In this document: piece after piece, positions 50,611 to 64,000 of the stretch | How positions within the stretch are numbered: position 1 is the stretch's first letter | Layout of the letters: the number at the start of each line of letters is the position of its first letter | Source of the DNA: Eledone cirrhosa | Lineage: Eukaryota | Reading direction: 5' to 3' | DNA length: 64,000 bases | Assembly (NCBI GenBank): GCA_964016885.1 | Contig: OZ024742.1 | Location: 134,602,001 to 134,666,000 of the forward strand | Position numbers and translations under genes: made by a program | Notes under the pieces: generated by a model | Database searches by the model: none | The model's input: only the letters and a program-made list of their open reading frames with translations | Told to the model about the DNA's origin: nothing

Positions 50611-50796
50611 TTTGTTTCTAGTTTTGGCACAAGGTCAGCAATTATCCCATTGCATTACTGGTACTTTATTTTAGCGACACCGTTAGGATGAAAGGCAAAG
50701 TTAACCTCGGCGGGATTTGAACTCAGACCGTAAAGGGCCGTAATTATATGCTGCAAATCATGGCGTCCAACCCTCTACTGATACTGCCAATCCACC
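50611..50796 (-). mobile_element. SINE family A, full length
   Basis: Flanked by the duplication tttttatgtaaata. Confidence 0.9.
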
Positions 50797-53457
50797 ATTT
50801 TTATGTAAATAATGTTGACGTTGTTATTTTTGTACCCTTATATAAGCCCAAGTCGTTTATGATCATAGAGATTAATGTTCAAAGTACTGAAGCGCTGCCC
50901 GTCAAAGATGTTTCAAACATAGTGTACACCCTCGTGATCAGTTTGTCATATTGTTAATAAGAGAGGCCGTAATATGAAATTTTGCTTTTATTACAAGCAA
51001 TTCGAGAGACTATGTAAAGGTTTACATTATTGCTTATTCCAAAACGGAGACCCAGGCCGTGAGAGTTCAATTTGCTAAGAGCTATTTTTATCCACATTAT
51101 CCACTGTATGATTGTTTTAGATAAGACGATATGGCACGATTCCAAAACTTATTATTCTAAGTTCTAGGAAATCTAGTTACTATGTACAGATTCCCTCATT
51201 CTTAACTTGTAGATTGTATTTTTTTAAAAATATGTTTCGACGTGTTATGTTCTGTCAATGTTGTTACTGACATTGTCTAGAAATTTAATTGTTTTATGTA
51301 TAGAGAGATATTATAGTATTTCTTAAAGGTTAATGCTTTTAACTAAGATGTTATACAGCGATGTCTTGTTTATTGTTGTGGTTAGTGGTGCAAGTTATTA
51401 TAGCAGCTATTGTAGTGAGCAAACGTTATTCATGTTAAGCACACTGTCTAGACTGCTGGATCGCTTAAACATTATTGTATCTTGTTAAGTTATTATACAT
51501 TTTGTTGCTGTTATTGCTTTTATATTACAAATGTTACTGCTGCTGGTAGTGTCATTTCTGTCAACTAAGATGGCAGATAAACATTGAATAAATATTATCT
51601 TTGATAGCTAAGATGGTATATAACATTAATGTTGTACTTTCAGTGGATATCGTTGTGGTTATATAATGCAAATATCTGGTAGTGTAATTATATTTTGTAG
51701 CTATGTTGCAGATACGGGGTTTTTATTTCTCCTTGAATTAAGTCACTCTTTATCTCGTTCAACATCTCTTTACTTAAATACACTTCACGCGAGAAAATTC
51801 CATCGGATTCTGTTTTTCATTGAGGTGTTTTTAAGAATTTTGTATAATATAATTGATGTTAATTAAATACTTTTAGCATTAATGTTGATGTTTTCTATAT
51901 TGTAAGGTTGTGGTTGTCATAACTGTTCTCATTGCTTTCTTTTTCTTCCAAAAGGGTGGTATGTTACCAGAATCATTATAGAGAGCCGAAAAACATATTT
52001 TAGCCGTATTTACTCTAGCTTATTTGGTCTTCATTTCAGATCGAGACGAGATTATCTTTGATTTTCATACAAGTGTTTGATCAAATAAAGTACCAGTAAC
52101 TTATTGGTGTTGATATGATAAACATTCTCGCCTTAAGTTCTATGATGTTGTAAAAAGAAAAAGAAACCATTAGTTAGATTTAGTATTACTTATCAATTAG
52201 CGTTTGTTTTTCACTCGTTTCTAGATATGTACCGACGTCTGCGTTTTAACGTTTCGTTTAATTCCTCCGTTTGCGACTGTGTTTGAGTTCTGGCTTTCAG
52301 TTATTTTAATTTATGAATTGTATGTTGAAATATTTGAATAGAAATAATAATAATTTCAAATGGCGTATTCTCTCCTTTTTGTTTATGCGATCAGAATTTC
52401 CTTGAATTATTCTTCGTTAGTCAAGCCCGGATTTTCTTCATGTACTTGTTGTTTGCAAAATTCATTTGAATTTGCTTCCACGGCGATGATATTATTTTAG
52501 AACATTTTCGCAGTTTTTAAAACTATTTGTTATACTTCATTCTCTTTTCCAGGAAAATTCTATTCGTTTGATTTGATTGCCAGTTGGCCATTTACCTTGA
52601 TTTACTTCGCAATGATATATATATATATTTATTGGCAATTATTGCATATTAACATTATTGTAGTTATTACTATTACAACAGTTATTCCTTGTGTAGTTTT
52701 CAATTTTAAGCACAAATCAGACCTGATATATACAATCTATTGTGAAATGAAGTATACCATCAATTACTAGCGCTTTGATTCACCAAACATTGTATTACTG
52801 GCAAGACATCATCCTATGCAATCTTAAGTTCTTCAAAAAATAGTTTTATATAGCCCAATAACGATGGGCACAAAGAACCTGAAAGGAAAGATAGCTAGGC
52901 CGGAGAAAATATAGAACTGATAAGAGATAAGAAAACGAAGGGGAACGTCATGGTCTTTTCGATATATTGGTCAGGATAGAAAGATGATAAATATTTATTC
53001 CTATCTCGTACATAATTGATGGCTACTGATGCACAAACAAAATATGCATTGTTCTAGCTAAACATAACAAGAGGTGAAATGTCTACTGCTTACAAGCAGA
53101 AAGTAATGCTTATCTGAATCTCTCTATAAATATATATTGTTAGTGGGGTGGCAGAGACATTATGACTGACAGAGTCAAGCATCGGCTAGGCAGTCAATAT
53201 TGCCTCGAAAACAGGTATATTGATTCTCACACCAAAGTGTATGCGATTTCAATAATTGAACATAAAACAACAAAAGCTTACGATGTGCATAAGCGATAGC
53301 GAGCCCAGTAAATAACGTAGATATCACAACCACAGTAAATTATATGTCACCATGCTGAAGATAGCCTAAAATGCAGTCAATATACTCTCTGCCTTGAGGA
53401 ATAACGTCACCTTCAAACTGCTACGAATTGCATTTTGTATAAAGAATAGTCTAAAAT

Positions 53458-53640
53458 AACTGTTTCTACTTATGGCACAAGGCCAGCAATTAATCCAATG
53501 CATTACTGGTACTTTATTTTATCGACCCCGTAAGGATGAAAGGCAAAGTTAACCTCGGCGGGATTTGAACCCAGACCGTAAAGGGGCGTAACTATGCTGG
53601 ATAGCATGGCGTCAGACCCTCTACCTATACTGGCAATCCA
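53458..53640 (-). mobile_element. SINE family A, full length
   Basis: Reverse copy with B-box, core and tail. Confidence 0.9.
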
Positions 53641-54339
53641 ATGATATTTTATTAGAATTTTCTAAAATATTATTTAAATAATAATAAGCCCACGAGGTTT
53701 CAAATATAAAGAGATTATAGAACATAGTAGAATCTACATTTTCAAGTCTATATGAACTTTCAAAATAACAGAAGAGTCATAATCATCTGGAACATGAAGA
53801 AGCACTGCACATAAGTGAAGGCCAGTTATAAATGTGTTGCTAACAAAGTATTAATTATATGATAAAACGTAAATATCTATACCGTGATAATTGGTAGTCT
53901 ACTATCTTGACTACCTTTACAACTATAATTAGTCGGGCACGTCCTTACGTCAGTACAGAATCCTAAAAAAAGTAAACAGTCGTCCTGAACTAATAAGATC
54001 AGTAAAATTACATGCCATGATTAAAGAATTAATTAATGAAACTTTGAAAGTAAGTAAATTATGCCATAAGGGTTGCCATATGGACATGCACATATATACA
54101 TATGGACACGCATATATACATATATACATACACCCACATGTCAAAATATATTACAAAACGCAGACGCTGACCTGCCTGATTATGTGCACAAGAAAGTGAG
54201 CAAATACAAAGCATATATGCATATATGCCTACATATAAGCCTACATATATGCATATATTCATATTTGCATTCATACGACTATACATACCATCACGCTAAC
54301 TGTATAGCTATATACAAGCACAGGTTTATTTTACAGACT

Positions 54340-55150
54340 TGTTCATGTAACCCTTGGTAAATTTCCATCGCAACCGGCAGCAAAACACCCCCCTGGGAAT
54401 GGAGTTACTGAGAAAGGACAAGCACTCGTCGACAACAGTCGGTCCATAAATGCAGAGTTCGAGAATATGTTGCTGAATTTGTAGTTGATCGAATTGAACA
54501 GTTCCATCCAAAATGTTCACCTCATGCAATATTTCACAGATGGTGGGTTAGGAATTTAGCGCAGTGGAGAGTTGGAAAACTTCAAATGATCAAATATTAC
54601 AGTCGGTTAGACCATCAAATATTTGGTTGCTGATCTCAGGGCAGATGTTTTCAATCATGTTTACAGAATATCCATCATTACAATGTACACCAATATCTGC
54701 GCGCTTCTATAGCTAATTAGTTACCTATCGGTTCCTAGTATTAACATGCGCTCGACATATCAATGCCATTCGCTAAATAGTTAAACTAGAAGAGGTGAAT
54801 AACAATGCATCGCCAGCGACAGACGTGTTAACTGCGACAATGGATCAAGACCAATTCTTCAATACAAAGTACGAAGATTGCCTTGCCAGAGTTAAGGTGC
54901 GTTCCGTGAGACTCAAGTGAATGAATGTTTCTGGACGTGACCTAGTATGAGGAATGCACCATGGAATCAGAGGCACAGTTTAGTTTTGACTCACCAAAAA
55001 ATAGCAATCCCCGCAGACATCGAAGCAGTTTCAGCTCGCAACTAAGCAAGGACGTTTATGCCATTTAGCAGCGCCATGGGGCCCACTTAAGTTGCAAGGG
55101 TTCAATTTTTATATGATAAGCAATGTAGTCTGTCTCACTTAGAAATTGAC
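54340..55150 (-). pseudogene. Ancient LINE reverse transcriptase relic
   Basis: Minus-strand GIDMSSA (~DxSxAFD) followed by IPQGGVLLPV..IY (~PQGxxLSP) across frameshifts. Confidence 0.45.
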
Positions 55151-57851
55151 TGAGAGCCAGCTCTGAAAGGTCGACCATATATTTTTGATTCACATTTCGT
55201 CTAACCAGCTTGGAACATATGCTGCCATTTTCTGTGAAAGGAACGTGCTCCAGTCTTTAGGATGTCAATCACTTTCCAACGTCATTTACATGAATAGGTG
55301 AGCATATCGAGACCACTAATGTTTCTAATATATGTACCATGCCTGTATGCTGGGTGTATTTGAGAGCCTTGAGATTTTGGTTATCGGCACCGATTATTAT
55401 AAGGAATGCTTTTGCTTTTACCATCCACATTCAGGTTGTCTCTATCTGCAAAGTTTTATAGCATTTGTTAGTTTTGACATAACTTCCAGTGTATGTAAAT
55501 ACCACAGACAAAGTAGTTATTCGGTTGTTGATTACAATGTTCTATATATCTGATTGTATTTTGTTGGGAAACTTTCATAATCTGCAGCAAATATAAATAT
55601 TTCAGTCTCAGCATTTATTCTGGAGTGTCTTTGTCTGTTTTTTGTGTGTATGTTCTGATTGGGCACGTCCGCTCTATTCAGCTCTTTTCGGTATTGGCTA
55701 CAGTGGATTTATTATTGACATCGATTTAGTTTGACATTTTAGAGATCTGATTGCAATAGAAATTTTAACTTTTTTTCACATGTTCTGCTTTTTCCTCACA
55801 ACTATCTGTCAATTCTACTTGTGTTTCGAATTTTTTGCCTTCTTCCTTGAATAGAGAAAATAATTCTCTCTCTTTGTTATGATTCGTGGCTATTAGTCTT
55901 AACTGATCACTATTTTTCAGTAGATATCTTTCGTCGCTCTACGGTAGTTATTTTATATATAGTTTCTAAATGCATAATGCCCCTTCCATCCCGTTTTTTT
56001 TTTAGATGTATGGTAAATACAGGTATTTTCCTTTTTTCTGTCTTTTCTGGCTGCTATTTCTAGTGTCCAGTACAGAATATCAAAACTGTAGTTTATTATT
56101 GAGATTACCAAATTATTCATGTACATAAACTTATACATTCGACTTATTTTATGTTAGGTTGTAATTTAACCCATCTACATTCCTTTCAAACGGGCTTGCC
56201 TTCATAAGTTCGAACCTTTCAGTGCGCAGCCGGACCTGCATGGTAGTGAGAGTTAATGGCCATCTACCACAACCATTTAGATAACGTCCTAGATCCGTAA
56301 ACATATTCGCTCATCTCTTTTCTGTTTGTGCTGATCCACAGGCAAATTCTGCGGAATCTGGAGCATTTTAAAAGCATCCCTTTCAAACAGGGACGTTGTA
56401 GTCCGGCGTTGAGATATACCGACGACTTCAACGCGATGATTTCGAGTACCACGGACATCGAGGTGGTCAGCAACTTCTGGAAAAGAAATTACAAATTAGC
56501 TACCAGCGTAATTCAGTGGGTTTAAAGCTAGGTACATTTAGAAGCAATCAATGCCGTCCATCAGTATATTAGAACGATGGACAGATGGTTGGGATAATTT
56601 GCTCGGTGCCTGATTTGTTACGAACCTCCAACTCGTTACGAATGGGGAGGAAGTAATGAATAGGGAATTCATTCTGACCTAGAAATGGGTGGAGAGGAAG
56701 CTATTCCTGAAGGATCTCACATAGGTGGTAAAAACGTACATAGCTTACATCATGTATTACCACCTATCGGTCATGACGTGCCAACCTTCGCGGCTAACCT
56801 GACTGCAGCGCCTGCTCTTTCATTTCCTATGGAAGGGACAATGTCCATTGTTCAGGAAGTCCATCTTTTGCCAACACCATTTTGACGGTGGGTTCCGCAT
56901 GTCGCGTTTAATGTTGCACAAACATGTGACAAGGCTAAGCATTTGCTCATACTCCTAAATGTTGAATGGTGTATTCGCCCTTGCTCTGGTATAAGTTTCT
57001 GCAGCTCATGCTTTTAATTAAGCTGCAGTCCTGTGTCAAACGAATCCAAGTGTGTGTGTCTGGCATCTGGGATATTGACTGGTGCCAAATGTTGGACAAT
57101 CTGGTTCTAGGAATTTTCAGGTTAGTATTTTATAGAGGTCGAATTTTGGGCAATGATTTCTCTAACAAACTCTGAGACTTTCATCCCAGGTACTATGGAT
57201 AATTTCCATATATCCCTTGTCTGGAAGTGCCAACATGGTCACTACCGATTTGAAACAACCTCTATAGGCACATGAGTGCTCTCAGACGGACCTATCCGCG
57301 AGGTATGCACAGAGACAACTTATTTTCTGCACTAACTCATCTAGTGTCTGATCAGTACATAATTATGGAGTATTGTCGAGCAGCTAATGTGACCTGTATC
57401 GGATCACTCTGACGGCCGACTCCGTAGTGAATATCGTCCTGCCTAAAACCATTAACCTGGAATGGGACATGGCTTTCTAGTTGTTGTTTGGTAGACGAGA
57501 TTGAAAAGACTGAAGACGGATATATTTCTCTTAATTCGACAATATCTGTAATTCAGTGTAGATATATATATATATAAATATATATATAACATTTATATTT
57601 CCGAGCATACAGTCATCGAAATACAAATGCCAAATCAAAAACATCACATCATACACAATCATGCTCCTCCATTTCAAAGCAATACACAGTCATTCGAACA
57701 TGTGGGCATTAATTTACTTAAATAAACGTACGTTTACTGAAAATCATTTCCAAACATGTATATATTGTATTCACATAGTAAAATATAGGCTTGATTCACC
57801 CATGTATCAATCATCTTTCCTTACCAACGAATACCATATCATTGTAATAAT

Positions 57852-58037
57852 AATTGTTTCTACTTTTGGCACAAGGCCAGCAAATATCCCAGTGTATTAC
57901 TGGTACTTTAATAATTGTGTCTACTTTAGGCACAAGGACAGCAATTACCCAGTGCATTACTGGTACTTCATTTTATCGACCCCGTAAAGATGAAAAGCAA
58001 AGTCAACCTCGGCGGGATTTGAACTCAGATCGTAAAG
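57852..58037 (-). mobile_element. Two nested SINE family A fragments
   Basis: Two tails in tandem; 18-bp duplication tactggtactttaataat at 57898-57915 and 58038-58055. Confidence 0.88.
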
Positions 58038-59829
58038 TACTGGTACTTTAATAATAATACCAAATAAAATGTTATTATCCTCACCATTACAATTACTAGT
58101 GCGTGATACTTCTCAGATCCTCTTCAGGGGCCTTTCGCAAGCTGCAAATGCCCGTCAGTTATCCCTTATATCAAAAGATATTGTCTTAAAATAGATACCA
58201 CTTAACATACAAAATTGGGTTTGTTGGAACATATTTGTTCATAGACATGTTTGATCAGTGTCATCCTAAAATTGAACATGAACAAAATAAATAAATAAAT
58301 AAATAAATAAAAATAAGATAAAACATCCACAACATTTTCCATTATCTACTCTTTACGTGGATCAGCATCCCAGCCGCCTGGACAAAATAAATAAACTATT
58401 AATTATTTTTAGCAACAACAAAATGCATTCCCTATCAGCATTTATACTACCATATTATCATCCAATTCAACTATTGACTCTACCAAATATTTTTAGAATA
58501 ACACTGGAATTATTTCTGCTGTTAGTCCCTCTTTTGCTCTGTTACATTTTCAATTAAGAGACCAATGAGTTTTCTTAAACAGCTATGCCATTTCATTTAA
58601 ATATCTCCGTAGCAATTTCACAAATTAAGAATTCTCACATCCTATACAGATGTTTCACTTCAAAGTCACTAGTCAAGAAACTAATTGTGATTTGATCAGT
58701 ATTTCTATCAAAATAAACTATATATGTTCGCAGTGTAACAAACAGGATAACAATCCCGTGAATGGGTTTATAAAAATACATATATAAATAACTATATATA
58801 CACTTGTCCACAACAACGTTCTTTTCCTCGTTATCCAATACTTCTTCTGTTTCTCAATTTCTTCACCCTCCTCTACTTTCCCAAACTGTCTATGCTTGCC
58901 AATCGAATTATTTATTGAACTGCCTTTTCCTTATATTCCACTTCATCTTCGACATTCCCCTATCTCTCTTCTCCCTTCTTATAATCATCTAAACTATCTC
59001 ATCACTAACTGCTATATCTTTTAATTTTTGTTTTACTTTGTTTCTACTTATTTCACCTGTGTTAAGCATTCCTACATAATATTCAGGAGCTTGCACATTG
59101 CTTCTGTGTGGTTGCTCGACCTGCTAAACATACCAATAAAATTTCCTCAAATTTCATTCAATCGTCTTACCGCACAATCACTCAAAAGACAAGGAGACAT
59201 TACCCTAAATTTACCAGAAACAAATAAAGTAAACACCAAAAGAATATAAAAAAGGTATAATATTTTCATTACAGGCTATTGACGCTGAAAATAAATCTGG
59301 AAAAACTGCACGAGCATGGAGAGACGTTTCGTGGGAAAACTGGAACTACATGAATTTGTGGGAAATATGATGACATTGGGAACCATAATAGATGTACACA
59401 TTAACAATTATCAGTTTTCGACATGGTAGGAAATGATAACTTTACATCTTGAGTGAAGCTAAGCGATTTGGCAATGATTACGATATATTAGTGTCTTAAA
59501 TAATTCTCTTCGACAATCAATGTACAAATAGGAAATCTCACAACAAAGACAACTATGAAGAAAATGATGTGTATGGTGATGTTAGAATTTCATCACCGAC
59601 AATTTTATTTGTATATTTTTCCACAAAAAATAAGTAATTATATTCAGTGGTATGGAAATATATGAATATATATAAATATCACAGATATATACATATATGT
59701 GTTCAAATCGCAAGGAACCAGCTTTGCTAAGGTGAAAATAATACTAACTAAAAACAATAGGGTTTGCCTGTCTCATTTTAAGAATAAATTAAGAAAATAA
59801 ATACAAACCGGAATTGTGGTAACTACCAA

Positions 59830-59907
59830 TCACCCAGACAGCTCTTGGTGCTGTTTTGCAATATTAATAGTGAATAGAAACACCAATTCTTGCTCATCAG
59901 TGGTTGA
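59830..59907 (-). ncRNA. Hammerhead ribozyme motif, left arm (GAAA mutated to AAAA)
   Basis: Minus strand: tcaacca-CTGATGA-gcaa...ttgc-AAA-ACAGC-accaaga-GCTGT-C-tgggtga. Confidence 0.7.
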
Positions 59908-60451
59908 AGAATTAGTATCCTAGACACTTCTAAGTATATATAAACAACTGAATAGTGTGCTATACGCACATACGCACATGGTATCTCAGCGTGTCTCACA
60001 AACTTACACCACTAAAAATAGCAGCGAGGTTTATTCGACATTTGAAATAGCTCAACAAACTAACGGAGCCGAATATATCAAAGGTATATATTTATCCAGA
60101 AACTCAAAATAGTCTCTTACAATAAAATAGCTCTAAGATTTTTCCGAGCCGTATATTATAATTGAATAGTAGTATATTTCTTTTGTATTCAATTATAATA
60201 TACGGCGCGGAGAAATCTCTTTCTTAAAGCTATTTTATTGTAAGAGACTATTTTGAGTTTCTGGCTCAATATATACCTTTGATATATTCGACTCCGTTAA
60301 TTTGTTGAGCTATTTCAAATGTCGAATAAACCTCGCTGCTATTTTTAGTGGTATAAGTTTGTGAGGCACGCTAAGATACCATGTGCGTTATTATATATAG
60401 CACACTATTCAGTTACTTAATATACTTAGAAGTGTCTAGGATACTAATTCT

Positions 60452-60529
60452 TCACCCACTGTTGAAAAAGAATTGGTATTTCAATTGACAATTAATATTG
60501 CGAAACAGCACCAAGAGCTGTCTGGGTGA
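60452..60529 (+). ncRNA. Hammerhead ribozyme motif, right arm (core mutated to CTGTTGA)
   Basis: tcaccca-CTGTTGA-aaaa...ttgc-GAA-ACAGC-accaaga-GCTGT-C-tgggtga. Stem I 7 bp, stem III 5 bp. Confidence 0.7.
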
Positions 60530-61080
60530 TTGGTAGTTACCACAATTCCGGTTTGTATTTAATTTCTTAATTTATTCTTAAATTGAGACAGGCAAACCCT
60601 ATTGTCTATAGTTAGTATTCTTTTCACCTTAGCGAATCAAGTCCCTTGCGATGTATATATCTGTGTTCGTTTTTCTTTCGTATTCAATTATAATATACGG
60701 CTCGGAAAAATCTTTTTCTTAGAGCCGTTTTCTTGTAAGAGACTATTTTGAGTTTCTGGCTCAATATATACCTTTGAAATATATAAACATCGCAACTTTT
60801 GCTCCCCAATTTTTTACTCACCAGCCCTTATAACCAGAGATTATAGTCGTGTAGATATTCATGTCGATGTATGATGCAATATGTCATATATCCAAACATA
60901 TTATGTTATATATGTATAGCTTCATAATATACTCATGTCGGGTTCGCGTCAATACTCACAGTTCTATCAAGACACACTCCTGTTTCTCGACGAATTAAAA
61001 CACAAATTTGTTTGAGAATATTCATATTAATAGCTCCAAGCAATAAATTGAATACATTTTATTTTGATGGCACTGTGGTA

Positions 61081-62060
<980 letters not shown>

Positions 62061-62599
62061 TGATTGATATCGCTTAATCTGTATTAACAATAGACCACGT
62101 TTGAGTGAATTGCGAAATCAGTTGAGAAAGTAATAGTTCCTTAACAACAATTTGTACATGTCAGAAGCCTTACTCTTTTGGGTCGCCAGGCACATTAATC
62201 ACAACAAGACTGTCATCGTCATACATTACTCTCTTAATGACTTTATTCCATTTCTAGAAGGAATGTCATTATGATATGGATAGAAGAGACATGAAATTGC
62301 TAAGCAGGTAAGAAACAGGTGGGTTGGTAAGTCTTTAGAGATAGTTATCATAATATTTTGAATCATTTATCATTGTTTGAAATTCTGGTGAGTCGCAGGG
62401 GCTAAGTGGATAAGGTGCTGACCTCAGCTTAACTAAATAGTTCGTAGTCTTTACTCTATCTTCTACCAATAAGTTTCTTGGCATAGCTGTTTTGCTAGGG
62501 AATATGTCGTATGCCCCGAATAGAGATACGGCTACCATATATGATGGTTAGTTGTGATATAAGTGGGCAGCTTCCGGAAGAATAAGCAGCCCCGGAACA

Positions 62600-63777
62600 A
62601 CAACAGTAAACTATTGGGGGAATTGGAGCAATATGTGACACATGTAGCTCCAAGAAAACTCTCAAAATCCTGTGAGGTAGTTATGACGAGGCATGTCAGG
62701 GACGCTTAGATCACTAAGAAAGTTAAAAGGCTCAAATGTTGCGCGCCCGCTTTGTATGACACCTTAAAAGCTTAAATAGAGAATGTATTCTCTGCTTGAT
62801 TTGCGTGTGCCGGGTGGCCTGGACTTTTTGGAAAGGTACTTAAGCATTGGCAAATGTGACTAATAATCCCAAGCTTAAAAAGAGAGACTAATGTGATTGA
62901 TCCAGTTGCAGATGAAACTGTTTGTTAAGATTTCAGGTAAATACTATGATAAATACCTGACAGGAAGATTGTCGCATCCAAGCTAGCTGATGAGCAGCAC
63001 GGTTTTCGTCCTGTAGGCAGTACAAGAGATTAAATATTAACACTGTGGCAGGTCTTAGAGAAATCGTAGGAGTATTTTCAAGAGGTATATTCTTGTTTTG
63101 TAAACGTCGAAAATGTATATATCCGCATTCCTTGGGATCTAATGTGGAATGTTCTGTGGAAATATGAAGTCGATTGTCAGCTTCTTTTTGAACGGATGTC
63201 TCTATTCCAATCCCCGTCTACTGTATTCGAATATGTGGTGCTAAAGCGAAACCATTCAATGTAGTAATCGGACTACGCCAAGGCTGTATACTGCCATCTC
63301 TCCCGTTCATTATTTTCATGAAGAAGATTGATAAATGTAGCCGGGTTGGAAGTGTAATCACGATGAGCCTGTTTAATAACAGTCGGTTGGAATTTGCAAA
63401 TGATATGGTGGTACATAAATCGACATATAGAGATCTCTTATTTGCACTTCATAGGTGTTATTCGGAAGAGTGCGTAGCGCGGTGTTCAGAGAGTCACTCC
63501 AGGAATAGCTGCTACTTCTCCGAACCAAGAGTTCAAAGCTCCGATATAATATGCATCTCGATAGAATGTCCAAGGAAAATGTCGCTGAACCGACTTTACG
63601 GGCAAAAACAAATCGACGGGAGACCTAGATGTAGACCCGAGTAAGATGATTTGATAACATCCATGAGCGCAGCTGGTCTCACTTGGGGATACAGCTGGAA
63701 CAGTTGGCGAGAGTTGCTTCTGACAGGACTTGCTAGGAGGATTGTTTGAGGACACTGAGAACATGACCCTCTCCAAA
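62600..63777 (+). mobile_element. Degenerate RTE-clade (Rex3/Expander-like) LINE
   Basis: DEQHGFRP..ST.D, CFVNVENVY.RIP, GLRQGCIL..L.FIIFM, LEFANDMV, GRPRCRP. Confidence 0.8.
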
Positions 63778-63843
63778 AGAAGAAGAAGAAGAAGAAGAAG
63801 AAGAAGAAGAAGAAGAAGAAGAAGAAGAAGAAGAAGAAGAAGA
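63778..63843 (+). repeat. (AGA)n tract at the 3' end of the RTE relic
   Basis: Direct reading. Confidence 0.95.
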
Positions 63844-64000
63844 TCAGTAAAGAGAAAAGGATTACATGTCAGATACAATATATATGTATGTGTATATGTG
63901 AGTGAGGGAGAGATAGATAATTGTAGGTGTGCTTTTGCATCTGCGTGTTTGTCGAGTTTATTCCTTACGTATATATATAAAGGCCCGTCTTCATCGGATA

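Larger units (their letters stand above)
59680..60784. repeat. Palindrome (arms 59680-60168 and 60186-60665, 17-bp spacer) plus a ~110-bp direct partial copy (60672-60784)
   Basis: Arms align in reverse complement over ~480 bp; 60177-60286 recurs at 60672-60784. Confidence 0.93.

Noticed and set aside
56200-57500. GC-richer block that might be the endonuclease part of the 54.3-55.1-kb relic or host exons
   Set aside because: No diagnostic motif or convincing splice pair could be read.
62987-62993. CTGATGA
   Set aside because: Lies in RT codons (ADE) of the RTE relic; no stem II or GAAAC follows.

Overview
AT-rich, microsatellite-dense eukaryotic DNA. The repeat families suggest a coleoid cephalopod, probably Octopus (inference). 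No intact host gene is recognisable, and almost all ORF-track entries are microsatellite read-throughs or transposon fragments. Contents: (i) about 20 copies of one tRNA-derived SINE plus one CORE-like SINE; (ii) a disabled Penelope-like element (PLE; RT + GIY-YIG, 23.5-26.3 kb) with ~750-bp inverted flanks, each carrying a hammerhead ribozyme motif, and an older PLE relic at 2.6-3.9 kb; (iii) an 11-kb block built on one (ATT)n tract, made of four 5'-truncated R4/Dong-like elements and a full-length, disabled Tx1/L1-clade element head-to-head with them; (iv) RTE-clade and Tx1 relics and a tiny Tc1/mariner MITE; (v) several long non-coding palindromes. The most notable signal is about ten type-I hammerhead ribozyme motifs in 64 kb, several inside the palindromes. 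Three of them share a non-canonical CCGANGA core. All coordinates were read by eye and may be off by a few bases; no folding or database search was run.
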